The notes: a model not told the origin generated them from the letters alone. A stretch of 64,000 nt of DNA from a virus (IMGVR_UViG_3300010357_001370:1-64000); one strand, 5' to 3'. Positions 27,567-37,292 are shown, counted from the first letter of the stretch. Made by a program: numbers and translations.

Positions 27567-29225
27567 TTATCGTACCCTTTCCTTCGACGGCTCAGCCGTA
27601 CTGTAACTGATAATATACTCACGAGTGTAATTGGGATACAGCTTTCCATCTTCCTTCTTTGAAATAAGGGAATTACCGGACGAGCCCTTAATCTCTAGCA
27701 GTCTGTTTGTGAAGGTGGTAGCAAGGCTAGGAGCAATACCGGCCCCGGCTGCAGCCATCGCCGGTTCAGCAAGAGCACCGGTAGTGGTGCTGTTTTCAAA
27801 TAAACCGTTTACAAAGTTGACAAACATATCCTTAACAGCTTCTGTAGTTTTACCAAATCGATATGTCTTAGCCTCAGCTACCTGGGTAGGCGGAGTCGTT
27901 GACGTTCTTGGAAGATCCACTACCTTGTGTTGCTGATCTCCGACGGAGACGATCGCGGGTGCAGGACGAACCGGTACGGCACGTTCTGATTCGGGAAAGG
28001 TAGCGTCCTTATGGACGACCTCCTCTACAACCACTGGCTCCTCTACGGGAGCGATTGCAGCAGGAACTAAAACGGGTTGAGCAACTGGCTGCTCAATATG
28101 CGGAGGTACTGGTTTCCGGATTGGAACCGAGCCTACAGTAGTTCGTTCATCTGGAACAATAGTCGTCGGCTTCTTTTTCTCTTCTGCAGGTGCCGGCGTT
28201 GGGGGAACCTTATCACTAGAGAGAACGTTCTTTACGTCCATCTTCCAATCCATCCAACGCTGAGCTACTCGTCCTGCAAAGGATAGTCTACGAACTGCCA
28301 TTTCCTTTCTCTTCTTACCCTGAGCAACTGCGAGAAGCTCCTCGGCCTTATGCTGAGACATTTCATCCAGGAAGTGCTTTAGGTGCTTCTGATCAATAGG
28401 AATAGATGGTGATGAAGAGATAATGCCGACCTCTATGAGAACAGAGATCACTAAGAGTAGCCCCAGCATTAGGGAGCTTTCAGTTAAGCTTGGAATCAAC
28501 CAAACGAGACCGGACGCCATCAGCTTAAACATACTGACTGACGTAGTCTGTGCTGCTGCAGATTCTGCTGCCTGAATTCGAAGCTCAGCTTCGTGAGCTT
28601 GCTCATTAGTTAGCTGAGCTTGAAGAGTAACAGACTGTGCCTGAATCTTAGCAATAGAATCAGAAAGAGACTTAGCAGCGGTTGTGAAATCCGGCGGTAG
28701 AGTCTTAAGGCGATCTGTATTTGTTTGAATCAACGTGGCGTACGAGTCTAACGTAGCCTGATAGCTCTTCTGAGCCTTTTGGCTAGCTTCAATCTGAATT
28801 GCTACGGCAGAAACACTCTGAGCTTCAATTCCTCGATTGATTACCGTTAGAGTGAAGCCGTAAGAGGCCATGATAGACACGAGAGCGAGTACAGTGTACA
28901 GAGAATATGCACGAACAGCCTGAGACTTGAGCTTAAGTCGCCAGAGCGTGTTGCCTCGGACGATTGAGAAAATCTTAAAGAACTCAAACGTGATGGCGAC
29001 TGCTACTAGAACAGTCTGCTCTAGCGGCTGAGATGAAAGGCGGTAAAACATGTTCACGGATAGTAGAATAGATACTACCGAGAAGCCGATAAATGCCAGG
29101 TACTTAAAAGCGACAAAGAGGGTCGAAACTGAGAAGAATCGACTCACCAGGTCTCTTAAGCCTAACAATATAGAAGAAATGGTGACTTTTTGCGTGCTCG
29201 GCACGCTGGTGTCTGTTGTGGACAT
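27567..29225 (-). CDS. Multi-pass membrane protein with coiled coil and Pro-rich tail
   Basis: Three N-terminal hydrophobic helices, Q/A heptads, a further TM (LMLGLLLVISVLIEVGII). Confidence 0.7.
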   Translation of the reverse strand: MSTTDTSVPSTQKVTISSILLGLRDLVSRFFSVSTLFVAFKYLAFIGFSVVSILLSVNMFYRLSSQPLEQTVLVAVAITFEFFKIFSIVRGNTLWRLKLKSQAVRAYSLYTVLALVSIMASYGFTLTVINRGIEAQSVSAVAIQIEASQKAQKSYQATLDSYATLIQTNTDRLKTLPPDFTTAAKSLSDSIAKIQAQSVTLQAQLTNEQAHEAELRIQAAESAAAQTTSVSMFKLMASGLVWLIPSLTESSLMLGLLLVISVLIEVGIISSSPSIPIDQKHLKHFLDEMSQHKAEELLAVAQGKKRKEMAVRRLSFAGRVAQRWMDWKMDVKNVLSSDKVPPTPAPAEEKKKPTTIVPDERTTVGSVPIRKPVPPHIEQPVAQPVLVPAAIAPVEEPVVVEEVVHKDATFPESERAVPVRPAPAIVSVGDQQHKVVDLPRTSTTPPTQVAEAKTYRFGKTTEAVKDMFVNFVNGLFENSTTTGALAEPAMAAAGAGIAPSLATTFTNRLLEIKGSSGNSLISKKEDGKLYPNYTREYIISYSTAEPSKERVR

Positions 29226-29316
29226 ACATCCTCTCCAATTGTTAAGAGCAGAGCTCTTCTTTAATATACAAGTACATCTGGTGCTACTTGTACTAATTTA
29301 GTGAATGAGGTACTAG

Positions 29317-29742
29317 ATGGCAGAATCCGCACAACTCGTGACCGGCTTTGCAGAGGGAAACCTTGAACAGTGGTCCGGGATGCTTAAAACACAGGTCCCA
29401 CGAATTTACTCCCTTCTGTTTAACACGGTAGATCCTCTTATCTGCGCCTCTTTGATTGAATTAGTCGGCAGTAACACTAGGTTTCGAAAGAAGTCGGGTA
29501 TTATATCTCCAGAACTGTCAGGACAGGCTGTTCGATCCTTTCAGGTTCGGCTAACGTACCGGGTTCCAGACTTTATTGGATTCACGGGATCCGACGAGGC
29601 CATCAATCAGGATAAACTATATATCCTTCGACGACTACAAAAGATTCCTGGAATCTCCTTTTCTGATACTGCTGTAACTATTCAGCCTAAAGATGGATCT
29701 ATCGTAGTCTCCTTTACAGTTCCAGTGGGGTACATGCAATGA
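29317..29742 (+). CDS. Hypothetical (probable structural) protein
   Basis: GAGG SD; ACTAAT upstream; coupled to the next gene. Confidence 0.6.
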   Translation: MAESAQLVTGFAEGNLEQWSGMLKTQVPRIYSLLFNTVDPLICASLIELVGSNTRFRKKSGIISPELSGQAVRSFQVRLTYRVPDFIGFTGSDEAINQDKLYILRRLQKIPGISFSDTAVTIQPKDGSIVVSFTVPVGYMQ

Positions 29743-30938
29743 ATGAGGTAATGACTAAGTATGAGATCCTCAAATCTTACAAAAACGCAAATCATCCTGA
29801 GAGCATTCGAGACACATGGGTGGCCTTGGGCGGCGCAATCATTACGCCAACGTCTCGAACCTATATCAAGGACATGGTTTACCGCGTTGACCTCACTACT
29901 ACATCTGGGGATGTTCCCGTTGACGCAGTTCTCCACGGCGCACTTATTCTCTGTGAGGCGAGCCTATATAACTCGAATCCACTTACGTGGGAAGCTGCAA
30001 TCGTCGAAGACGACGAAGAGGGCTTTCTATCATTCGTCAATGGCATTATATCCCCTCATTTTAGACTCCTCCTCACAGCAGAGGAGTTTGATGCGATTAC
30101 TGCGCCGCAGAATCCGGCATTTGTCCCATATTCAGAAGTTACAACCTCATCGATCCTTATTCCCGACGATGAGCTCGAAGCGATCCTCGTCGAGGTAGGC
30201 GTTCCATTTGTTCTTCTTGAAGAGCTTGAATTCCCTCGCAACAAGATCTGCAATGACATCATCAAGCCTGCTATGCAGGAGTATTTCAAGTTCTTCCCGA
30301 TTGTTAGACGCGAAACAAAGTACAGCACCATTGCTCAGGCTGGTCAGGTGTTTGAAGTCCCTCTACCTATGAATGCCTATGGCGCTGTTCGCGTATACGT
30401 TAACCAGGGCACTACGAACGAAGCAGGAGCTGCAGCTGGCAACCCGATGCATTTCTTTGCTTCTGAAATCGCTTGGTGGGGCGGTGGTTCAAATAACAAC
30501 TGGTCGCCTATACGATACGGAAGCGGACGTGCTCCAGGCTTCTCTAACCTCCAAGGCTTCAATACTATGGCCCTCGATCGAGCAGCTCGTCAGGGTATCC
30601 TGAATTATGCTACCCGAGCTGAGTTCCATATTGAACGAAAGGGCGATAAGAAGGTTCTAGTTGGGTATGCTAATAGAACTGGCTCACTAGAGATACATTG
30701 GGCACTGGCATCTAATGACTGGGCAGATGTAGAATACGCGAGACAGCCAGAGCTTCGTAAACTCTGTACCGCTCGCGTATTACGTGCACTCGGAATGCTT
30801 CGAGGACAAGTGAAGTCAGATATACCGGGGCAGATCAACTACGACATGTTCATCCAGCGAGCTAAGGAGCTCGAGGATGAAGTAATGGCTTTCTGGAAAG
30901 AAATCCCCCGTGTCGCGGTTATTCGCGGTTCGATGTAA
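29739..30938 (+). CDS. Neck/head-completion protein, T4 gp13-like
   Basis: I...LG.P.V..E..-like N-terminal segment, QEYFKFF, C-terminal PGQINYDMFIQRAKELEDE. Confidence 0.55.
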   Translation: MNEVMTKYEILKSYKNANHPESIRDTWVALGGAIITPTSRTYIKDMVYRVDLTTTSGDVPVDAVLHGALILCEASLYNSNPLTWEAAIVEDDEEGFLSFVNGIISPHFRLLLTAEEFDAITAPQNPAFVPYSEVTTSSILIPDDELEAILVEVGVPFVLLEELEFPRNKICNDIIKPAMQEYFKFFPIVRRETKYSTIAQAGQVFEVPLPMNAYGAVRVYVNQGTTNEAGAAAGNPMHFFASEIAWWGGGSNNNWSPIRYGSGRAPGFSNLQGFNTMALDRAARQGILNYATRAEFHIERKGDKKVLVGYANRTGSLEIHWALASNDWADVEYARQPELRKLCTARVLRALGMLRGQVKSDIPGQINYDMFIQRAKELEDEVMAFWKEIPRVAVIRGSM

Positions 30939-31557
30939 GCCCGATGGAACGAGCAAACATATCCAGATTAGAATACAGATCTTCTATAGTGCCGTCGTTC
31001 AAGATTTCCGTCTCAGCATCTAACGTGAGAATCTCTTGCTCGGAGGGATGAGGATCAATTGTCGTTTCAACCTCTGGGCGACGGATGCGCAGGATATGAA
31101 TAGGAGTATTCATTTCCAGTCCGAACTCCTGAAGCGCGGATACCTCGTACTGAAATCGAAGATCAGATACAACGAAGTTCTTTCCCGGGTAGTTTCCTGC
31201 ATAGCGAAGAAGAGATTTTACGTACGTCCTGCGACCAGTTAACATAGCGTAACCGGGAGAACGATCTACTAGAAGCATGGACCATTCAGTGCCTAGAAGC
31301 TGCGCGGCTAGCCGGGGACTGATGCCCCAATAGGGATCCTCTTTTTCCTTTTCCGGGGAATCCCAGATTGAATGATCCCATCCATAGATATCCTCAAGAG
31401 CTTTCTTGAGAGGATCTGCGAAATGATATAGCGTCAGAAACGAGCTTCTCTCAAAGCCTTCTTCATTACCTTCTGCAGAAACCTTAAAGGATGTTGTAAG
31501 GTATGAGGCTGCGGTATCCTTACCAGACCGCTTAACTCCGGTTACTGCTACTATCAT
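30919..31557 (-). CDS. Deoxynucleoside monophosphate kinase (T4 gp1-like)
   Basis: TGVKRSGKDT, FADPLK, QLLGTE, SDLRF, HPSE. Confidence 0.9.
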   Translation of the reverse strand: MIVAVTGVKRSGKDTAASYLTTSFKVSAEGNEEGFERSSFLTLYHFADPLKKALEDIYGWDHSIWDSPEKEKEDPYWGISPRLAAQLLGTEWSMLLVDRSPGYAMLTGRRTYVKSLLRYAGNYPGKNFVVSDLRFQYEVSALQEFGLEMNTPIHILRIRRPEVETTIDPHPSEQEILTLDAETEILNDGTIEDLYSNLDMFARSIGLTSNRE

Positions 31558-32123
31558 TTGTCCGCCTTTGAAGTTGACTCTGTAGGAATATCTTTCTTTG
31601 GAAAGACATCTCCCAGAGTCGTTCGAATCCCGTCACAATGCTCCTCGGAAAGCTTATACCTAGGCTTATCGAGAACAAGCTGAGACTGCTCAGCTATTGA
31701 TCTAAGCAGCTCTTTGAGTTCAGTTATCTCATCCTGCTGCTTCTTATATACCTCGTCTGATCCACTCTCAACTACGAACTCTTCCTTCATAAAGGTATCG
31801 AGATCCACTGCGGAGGCTCGCTTCTGCCACTTCTTGACCTCGGTACGAGTCATAGTGGAGAAGTTGGAAACTAGCTCCTTTAGAAGAGAGTAGATGCTGC
31901 GATTCTGAGTAATTAACGAAGAAATAGTGGAGCTGAGAGTGCGTTCTAAGTCTGCGTCGTCGTGTGGGAGATGCCAAGATATACCGGACGTGGTATGCCC
32001 GACCTGGCCTCTCTGAGTATGGTATACTGTATGTTCGAATTTGATGTCCTGGCCGTGTTTCTCGATTTCTTTAAGTTCGAGGTACTCACCAAGCGGGATC
32101 TGAATAGTCTGAGATACATCCAT
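31554..32123 (-). CDS. Hypothetical protein
   Basis: AGGAG SD that lies within a hairpin. Confidence 0.65.
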   Translation of the reverse strand: MDVSQTIQIPLGEYLELKEIEKHGQDIKFEHTVYHTQRGQVGHTTSGISWHLPHDDADLERTLSSTISSLITQNRSIYSLLKELVSNFSTMTRTEVKKWQKRASAVDLDTFMKEEFVVESGSDEVYKKQQDEITELKELLRSIAEQSQLVLDKPRYKLSEEHCDGIRTTLGDVFPKKDIPTESTSKADK

Positions 32124-32129
32124 TTGAAG

Positions 32130-32171
32130 CTCCTTCTCCGCTTAGTATACATATGATACTCGGAGAAGGAG
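32130..32171 (-). promoter_or_regulatory. SD-sequestering hairpin upstream of 31554..32123
   Basis: CTCCTTCTCCG / CGGAGAAGGAG perfect 11-bp arms; the 3' arm contains the SD. Confidence 0.75.
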
Positions 32172-32179
32172 TAGTTCAC

Positions 32180-32782
32180 TTACGGAGCAGGTACTTTTGC
32201 TCCGGCCTGCATCTCGTCCCAGTTCTTTTGAGAATATTGAGTTTCGCGAGTATCGTAAATAGTAGGTCGATTACTTTCGGTTGGGAAGATAACAACATCT
32301 GCTTGAGCAGTGTTATTACCACCAAAGTTCGCTACAATCCACTCTGCGAAATCTTCCTTGGTCATTCCAGCATACTCACCTAAGTCCTGTACAAAAGTTC
32401 TGTAGAGCTTTGCTACAAGTTCTTCGAAACTGTCTGGACCTCGACTTGGATCTTTTTGACGCTCAGTTACGCTTTTCTTTGCTCGAATCAAAAGCTGTTC
32501 TAAAGAGATAGGGGCCTGGTTCTGAACACGAACCATTATTTCCTTGGGATCGTATGTACTGGGGCGATCTTCTCGCTCTGTTCGGAAAGTTTTGGCTGCT
32601 AGCGGCGGTGTAGTAAATTCAGCAGAGATGCCCTCATTGCCTTTTTCAACGAGACGATTAACGGCTTCCTCTAACTGAGAAAGAACGCGCTCAATAGCCT
32701 TGATGTTCTTCATAATACCGTCCTCATCACAATTAGTACTAATTGTTACATGATATACTTCCTTCAAAATGCGGAAGGCCAC
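32180..32782 (-). CDS. Hypothetical protein (likely start 32713)
   Basis: GAGGA SD before MKNIKAIE; promoter-like palindrome at 32729-32746. Confidence 0.6.
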   Translation of the reverse strand: MAFRILKEVYHVTISTNCDEDGIMKNIKAIERVLSQLEEAVNRLVEKGNEGISAEFTTPPLAAKTFRTEREDRPSTYDPKEIMVRVQNQAPISLEQLLIRAKKSVTERQKDPSRGPDSFEELVAKLYRTFVQDLGEYAGMTKEDFAEWIVANFGGNNTAQADVVIFPTESNRPTIYDTRETQYSQKNWDEMQAGAKVPAP

Positions 32783-33085
32783 ATCAAAATAGGCTGCACA
32801 TCAAATCTAGAGCAGCGAATTCAAGCTCTACAAGTAGGAAACTCCTCTAACCTAAAGCTTCTCTATATTATAGAGTTGCCGGATGAGGAGTCCTATTCAT
32901 TCGAACAGCATACTCACGGGTTCTGTCGCATGTATCACCTACAAGGTGAATGGTTTAAGCCTGAAGTGCTCGAGCATCTTCAGCGGCATCCTTGGTATCG
33001 GGAATATATGATCCCAGCTAACAAAATAGAGAATAAACAGCCGAAGTCTCCACAGACACAATCGGCCGTAACACAAACCCCTTAG
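32750..33085 (+). CDS. GIY-YIG superfamily T5orf172-domain protein
   Basis: IYFLQ...IKIGCT...RI..LQ.GN...E...H...GEWF. Confidence 0.85.
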   Translation: MIYFLQNAEGHIKIGCTSNLEQRIQALQVGNSSNLKLLYIIELPDEESYSFEQHTHGFCRMYHLQGEWFKPEVLEHLQRHPWYREYMIPANKIENKQPKSPQTQSAVTQTP

Positions 33086-33521
33086 GCTTGCGACCGGGAG
33101 ATGGACGCTTCACGATGTACATTATCGGTCCCATAACCGCAACAGCGTGCTCTGGATCGGGGCTGCTAGCGTGAGCGAAGTTCTCTCTACTTAACACGTA
33201 CGCAATACACCTAGCCCGAGGATGAAACTTTCCGTTCTTAATCAGATACTCACCTGCGTACTGCCTTCCGATCACGTGGTCCTCTGATAGTTGCGAAAAT
33301 GTACACTCCCCCGAATTATATGCATCTAAGGCCGCTTTGGATATTATTGCATATTCCGGGCCATACTGCTCTGTAAGCGGGTGTGGCATAACCTTCATTC
33401 CGAAGATATGCTCTCCAACCATTCTACCTAAAACTTGAACAAAGTCCTTTCCAGCTTTCTCTTCAAGATACATCGGAAGGAATACCTGTACGTAGTTGTT
33501 CATCGCTAAAGTTGTATCCAT
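33018..33521 (-). CDS. Hypothetical protein
   Basis: AGGAG SD and an upstream sigma70-type promoter. Confidence 0.6.
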   Translation of the reverse strand: MDTTLAMNNYVQVFLPMYLEEKAGKDFVQVLGRMVGEHIFGMKVMPHPLTEQYGPEYAIISKAALDAYNSGECTFSQLSEDHVIGRQYAGEYLIKNGKFHPRARCIAYVLSRENFAHASSPDPEHAVAVMGPIMYIVKRPSPGRKPKGFVLRPIVSVETSAVYSLFC

Positions 33522-33573
33522 TTGGGTCTCCTAAGTGCCTATTGTATCTACGGATGTAATATAGGAGTCAAAT

Positions 33574-33600
33574 AAAAAAGGCACCCGAAGGTGCCCTTTT
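33574..33600 (-). terminator. Rho-independent terminator
   Basis: GGCACC-ttcg-GGTGCC with U-tract. Confidence 0.85.
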
Positions 33601-33618
33601 CTGCGAGGACTGTATCGA

Positions 33619-34098
33619 TTACTCGACCGAGATGTCGACCGTCTTCGGCTTGCGCTCCTCGGCGAGAGGAACGGTGATGCTAAGCATTCCGTCCTTCATC
33701 TTCGCCTGAGCCTTGCTCAGATCGAATTTCGAAGGCATCTGGATTGCCTTCTTGAAGGCCGAAGATCGGATGCCGTGGTAAACGCACTCGCAGTCGTCCC
33801 CGCAGTCACAGCCAGGGCCGCACTCGCAAGAGTCTTCAGTCTTCCCGTCCCCCTTGCTTTCGATAATCAGGCGACCATCATCTGCGTGGATAGCGATATC
33901 AGCCTGGCCGTATCCTGCGAGTGCAAGATCAATCCGAGCTGACCCATCCTTGAGAGCGTAGATGTTATGAGGAGGGAAGGACGTGGTAGTCGAAACCGTG
34001 GTGAAGAGGCGATTGAAATCCCTCCACGCGTCTCGACCGAGCAGGGACTCGAAGAAATCCGAGTCAAAAAGGAAACCGAAATCGTTGCGGCGTGCCAT
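33619..34098 (-). CDS. Small heat-shock protein Hsp20 (IbpA-like)
   Basis: FPPHNI, LALAGY, HGIRSSAF, A.MKDGMLSI; Cys-rich insert CECGPGCDCGDDC. Confidence 0.92.
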   Translation of the reverse strand: MARRNDFGFLFDSDFFESLLGRDAWRDFNRLFTTVSTTTSFPPHNIYALKDGSARIDLALAGYGQADIAIHADDGRLIIESKGDGKTEDSCECGPGCDCGDDCECVYHGIRSSAFKKAIQMPSKFDLSKAQAKMKDGMLSITVPLAEERKPKTVDISVE

Positions 34099-34204
34099 AA
34101 AGCACCTCCTACAGAAAATATGCGCCCCGCATACGCGGCGGCGAGTTATCCCCTATTCGGGGCACAACTCAAACATAGAAAGGACTGATCGTCCTCTAAT
34201 ATAA

Positions 34205-34753
34205 TTAGTGTCTGTTCAAATAGCCAGAAACGATACCAGAAATCTCAGCTACAAGATTCTCCTGAGTGCCAGTTAGCTTTCGATTATCCCGAAGATACTC
34301 GACTACCTCTTTTGTCTGCTTCGCATATTTAGTGGCCCACTCTACATCCGCCTCATCGAGATCTGCGATATTAGAAAGCCTATCGGCGAGCTTGATAACG
34401 AGCCCCCAGGAACTGATACCCGCAAACTTCCGCTTTAGGTATTCTGTCTTACCGAGCCTTTTCAATTCGTCTTCATCGGATGTGAGCTCAAAGACTAGTG
34501 CGGTTACGTTGGGGCCAAAGAGCCTGAGGAGCTCTTCATATGTAGCATCTGTATTCTCGATAGTGTCGTGCAGGTACGCTGCCGCTACCAGATCGTCAAG
34601 TTTGTGAGAATCTGGCTTAGCTCGCTTCACAGTTGCAGCTACCGTCTCTGGATGAGTGATATACGGAGCCCCGCCGCGGCGGTTTACACCAGCGTGCTTT
34701 TTAGTTGCATACTCTAAGGCGTCTGCGGACCTGCTATCTATTAGATGCTGCAT
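34205..34753 (-). CDS. HD-domain (p)ppGpp hydrolase-like (SpoT/Mesh1)
   Basis: H....R..G.PYI.HP, LHDTIEN, KLADRLSN. Confidence 0.85.
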   Translation of the reverse strand: MQHLIDSRSADALEYATKKHAGVNRRGGAPYITHPETVAATVKRAKPDSHKLDDLVAAAYLHDTIENTDATYEELLRLFGPNVTALVFELTSDEDELKRLGKTEYLKRKFAGISSWGLVIKLADRLSNIADLDEADVEWATKYAKQTKEVVEYLRDNRKLTGTQENLVAEISGIVSGYLNRH

Positions 34754-34755
34754 AG

Positions 34756-35343
34756 TTAATTGGTCATCGATATCTCAAGGTCTTCAGCTACCTCGGGAAT
34801 GGTAAGAAGCTTCTCTAGAGTAGATGCTGTGTCCTTATGGAGGATGAATACCCCGCGCCCTTCAGTCCACGCATTCCCCATCTTAGCGGTATCGTCTATC
34901 AAGATCCATTTTTCCTCCTCTGGGATAGCCTCGTACCCAAAGGCCTTAAGAGCGCAATCGAGCTTAGTTCGTCCTGGAGACTTGATGATAGTTTTGGGAA
35001 AGTACTCGAGATGCTTTCGTATCCAGGTTCGCTTCTGGTCCGCCCAACCGTATCCATGCGGAACGCCGGTAAGGATCGATGGCCCGAGAGGCGCTAACGC
35101 ATCCCAAAGCTCTTTCCCGTCCGGCATCCAATGCAGCCTGGCATAGAAGTCGCCTACGCCAGCTACAGCCTTCCATATTCGGCCGAGAGACCGGCCGAAG
35201 TCTACTATGCTTGTTCCGGTTAGCTCCTTGACTCCGCGTTCGAAATCAACGATCACACCGTCCATATCAAGAAATATTCTGTACATTATCCGTTTCCTCT
35301 TCAGAAGCAACGATGTCGAAGCAGGTATCCATACCTTCGGCAA
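34756..35343 (-). CDS. HAD 5'(3')-deoxyribonucleotidase-like
   Basis: IFLDMDGVIVDF, ILTG, LIDD. Confidence 0.85.
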   Translation of the reverse strand: MPKVWIPASTSLLLKRKRIMYRIFLDMDGVIVDFERGVKELTGTSIVDFGRSLGRIWKAVAGVGDFYARLHWMPDGKELWDALAPLGPSILTGVPHGYGWADQKRTWIRKHLEYFPKTIIKSPGRTKLDCALKAFGYEAIPEEEKWILIDDTAKMGNAWTEGRGVFILHKDTASTLEKLLTIPEVAEDLEISMTN

Positions 35344-35491
35344 AGCCTACGTCCTTACCTTCTCGATATGATTTATCCCGAACTCGTTGAAAAATGCTGG
35401 TGATCTTTTGTTCGTAAAGCTGTCGTTCGTTTCCGCTAAGATTCGCCCTGTCAAACAGTTCGACAATAGTCCGAGGGAGAGCCATATTCAC
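35267..35491 (-). CDS. Hypothetical protein
   Basis: GAGG SD; 74 aa. Confidence 0.5.
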   Translation of the reverse strand: MNMALPRTIVELFDRANLSGNERQLYEQKITSIFQRVRDKSYREGKDVGFAEGMDTCFDIVASEEETDNVQNIS

Positions 35492-35556
35492 ACCTCCGAG
35501 GAAACGGCAGGGGCGAGTTTCCCCGCCCCTACTGGATGAGATATTCAGTTAGTCGA

Positions 35557-36426
35557 TTAGACGCCGAACACGTTTGCGACCTGCTTCTGCAGAGCGAGGG
35601 ATCTGTGGAATTTGCGCACGCTGTGCGTTGCGACATTGGTCGCGATCTGCATGAGTGCGTAAGCGCTGAGCTGCGGACTGGCTTTGACTCCGACGATTTT
35701 ACCGTCAGCGTCATAGTCGAGCGTAAGCAGGCCCTGGCTGATTGCCGCGGCGAGCTCGGCGGCTTTCTGCGAGAAGGTCTCTAGCATGAGAATCTGGAGG
35801 TAGATGTCGGCGGGCTCGGAATTGAGCATCCTGTATGAGGCCTTGAAGCCCTCGATCGTCTTTTCCATGTTGGAGAGGAACCCGTCGGCGACGATGCGGT
35901 AGTCCGGATCAACGTTGTGCTTGAAGGAGACCTGCTGAACGATGTTCCCGATCACGATACCGTTCGCGCAGACGAAGCGAAAGCCGCCGTAGTAGAAGTC
36001 GAGCTTCGAACTGCGGTCATAGCTGTTGCGAGCGATGATGGTCGGGACGTAGAGGTCCTTAGGGCCGCCGTCGAGCGCGGTGTTGTCCGAGCCGTCGGGC
36101 ACGAACGAGTAGTCGGGGAAGCGGAACTCTCGGAAGAATCGATTGCCGTGAGCAGCGACGGCCGTGTGTCCGATATCGTACCGGATGCCCTGCTTCGTGA
36201 GCATCGTCTCGACGAAGTCGTTGGCGCGCTTGTGCGTGGTGACGATGTACTTGGGGCTGACGCTCGAGAGGTACTCTCCGGTGTCTCCTCGATAGATAGC
36301 ATCGATGCCGGTGTCCTGGCCGTTCGTGAGATGCAGCCTTTCGCGTTTAACATCGAAATCGAATTTGCGATCGTCCTTATAGTCTCTTGCTCCGGAAAGG
36401 AGCTTCAGACGAGATACCTTAGCCAT
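35557..36426 (-). CDS. DUF932-like phage/plasmid protein
   Basis: VSPKY, NSYDRS, GGFRFVCANG, FKH. Confidence 0.8.
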   Translation of the reverse strand: MAKVSRLKLLSGARDYKDDRKFDFDVKRERLHLTNGQDTGIDAIYRGDTGEYLSSVSPKYIVTTHKRANDFVETMLTKQGIRYDIGHTAVAAHGNRFFREFRFPDYSFVPDGSDNTALDGGPKDLYVPTIIARNSYDRSSKLDFYYGGFRFVCANGIVIGNIVQQVSFKHNVDPDYRIVADGFLSNMEKTIEGFKASYRMLNSEPADIYLQILMLETFSQKAAELAAAISQGLLTLDYDADGKIVGVKASPQLSAYALMQIATNVATHSVRKFHRSLALQKQVANVFGV

Positions 36427-36481
36427 GTGAGGCCTCCTTGCCCCTCTAGTAGAGGCTGGTGTGCATCGTTGTTGGTCACCT

Positions 36482-36511
36482 ATAATATCAACCGAGATAT
36501 GCGAAAGTCAA
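36482..36511 (-). promoter_or_regulatory. Sigma70-type early promoter
   Basis: TTGACT-N18-TATTAT, with a T-rich UP element. Confidence 0.8.
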
Positions 36512-36513
36512 AG

Positions 36514-36537
36514 AAAAAGGCCCCCGAAAAGAGGGCC
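36514..36537 (-). terminator. Rho-independent terminator
   Basis: GGCCC/GGGCC stem plus U5. Confidence 0.65.
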
Positions 36538-36543
36538 CTGTAT

Positions 36544-37191
36544 TTACGCAGCAGTCTTGCGAGGTTTCCGCATCTTAACCGGAGGTTCGACTGGCGGCGC
36601 GGCCGTGCTCTTCTCGGGCCACGGAATCCCCTTATCGCCGACTTTACTCGCGATATGCGCGAGGTGATCGAAATCGACATGCGCCTCGTTACGAGGATTG
36701 AAGAAGAACCACTTGTGTTCGAAGTCCATATTCTTCTTGATGATCGCGTGAATCAGAAGCCACTCCTGCTCGACGTTCGCGAGAACGATTCGGTAGGTCG
36801 AGTTGCGATCTTCGAAGTTTACACTGCGGAGATTTGCCTTGCCAGCGACAGCGCGATTGAAGAGCTCCAGCATAGGGCGGACAACGTCGAGAGGAACGAG
36901 TCTCTTTGCGTGGCGCTGCTTGTGCAGGCGAGCAAGAGCGTTCTTCATTCTGCGGTCTTTCTTCGCAGCGAGCTCTGCAGCCCTCTGCTCGGCCGTCTTG
37001 CGCTCGATCTTGACCTTCTCTATCTGCTCCGGAGTAGCGTTCGGATCTTTCGGAATCCTCTGGCCTTTCTCATCCAGCACGTAGCGCTGGTAGATCTTGC
37101 CGGACGGAGCGGTGTATTTTTCGGTGAGCCAAGCACTAAGTTTCTTGGGCATATCAACCCCCTGATTAACGTCTGTAGTATCGTCTTGCAT
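36544..37191 (-). CDS. Basic hypothetical protein (start may be MPKKLS)
   Basis: C-ending codon bias; own promoter. Confidence 0.7.
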   Translation of the reverse strand: MQDDTTDVNQGVDMPKKLSAWLTEKYTAPSGKIYQRYVLDEKGQRIPKDPNATPEQIEKVKIERKTAEQRAAELAAKKDRRMKNALARLHKQRHAKRLVPLDVVRPMLELFNRAVAGKANLRSVNFEDRNSTYRIVLANVEQEWLLIHAIIKKNMDFEHKWFFFNPRNEAHVDFDHLAHIASKVGDKGIPWPEKSTAAPPVEPPVKMRKPRKTAA

Positions 37192-37193
37192 AG

Positions 37194-37223
37194 ATTATAT
37201 CGACCTTCCTCTTAGAGAGTCAA
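37194..37223 (-). promoter_or_regulatory. Sigma70-type early promoter
   Basis: TTGACT-N18-TATAAT. Confidence 0.8.
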
Positions 37224-37238
37224 AAAATAAAGGACTTT

Positions 37239-37292
37239 CTAATTCCTTGTAGAATAAGGAATTAGCTAAGTCCTTGTAGAATAAGGAATTAC
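37239..37292. repeat. Tandem duplication of a 27-bp hairpin
   Basis: CTAATTCCTTGTAGAATAAGGAATTAG then CTAAGTCCTTGTAGAATAAGGAATTAC (2 mismatches). Confidence 0.9.

Noticed and set aside
35917-37215. 432-aa plus-strand ORF
   Set aside because: Antisense to two genes that have their own promoters, SDs and terminators.
37239-37292. Possible CRISPR mini-array
   Set aside because: Two abutting repeats with no spacer; the Cas4-like nuclease at 23.2 kb has no accompanying cas genes.
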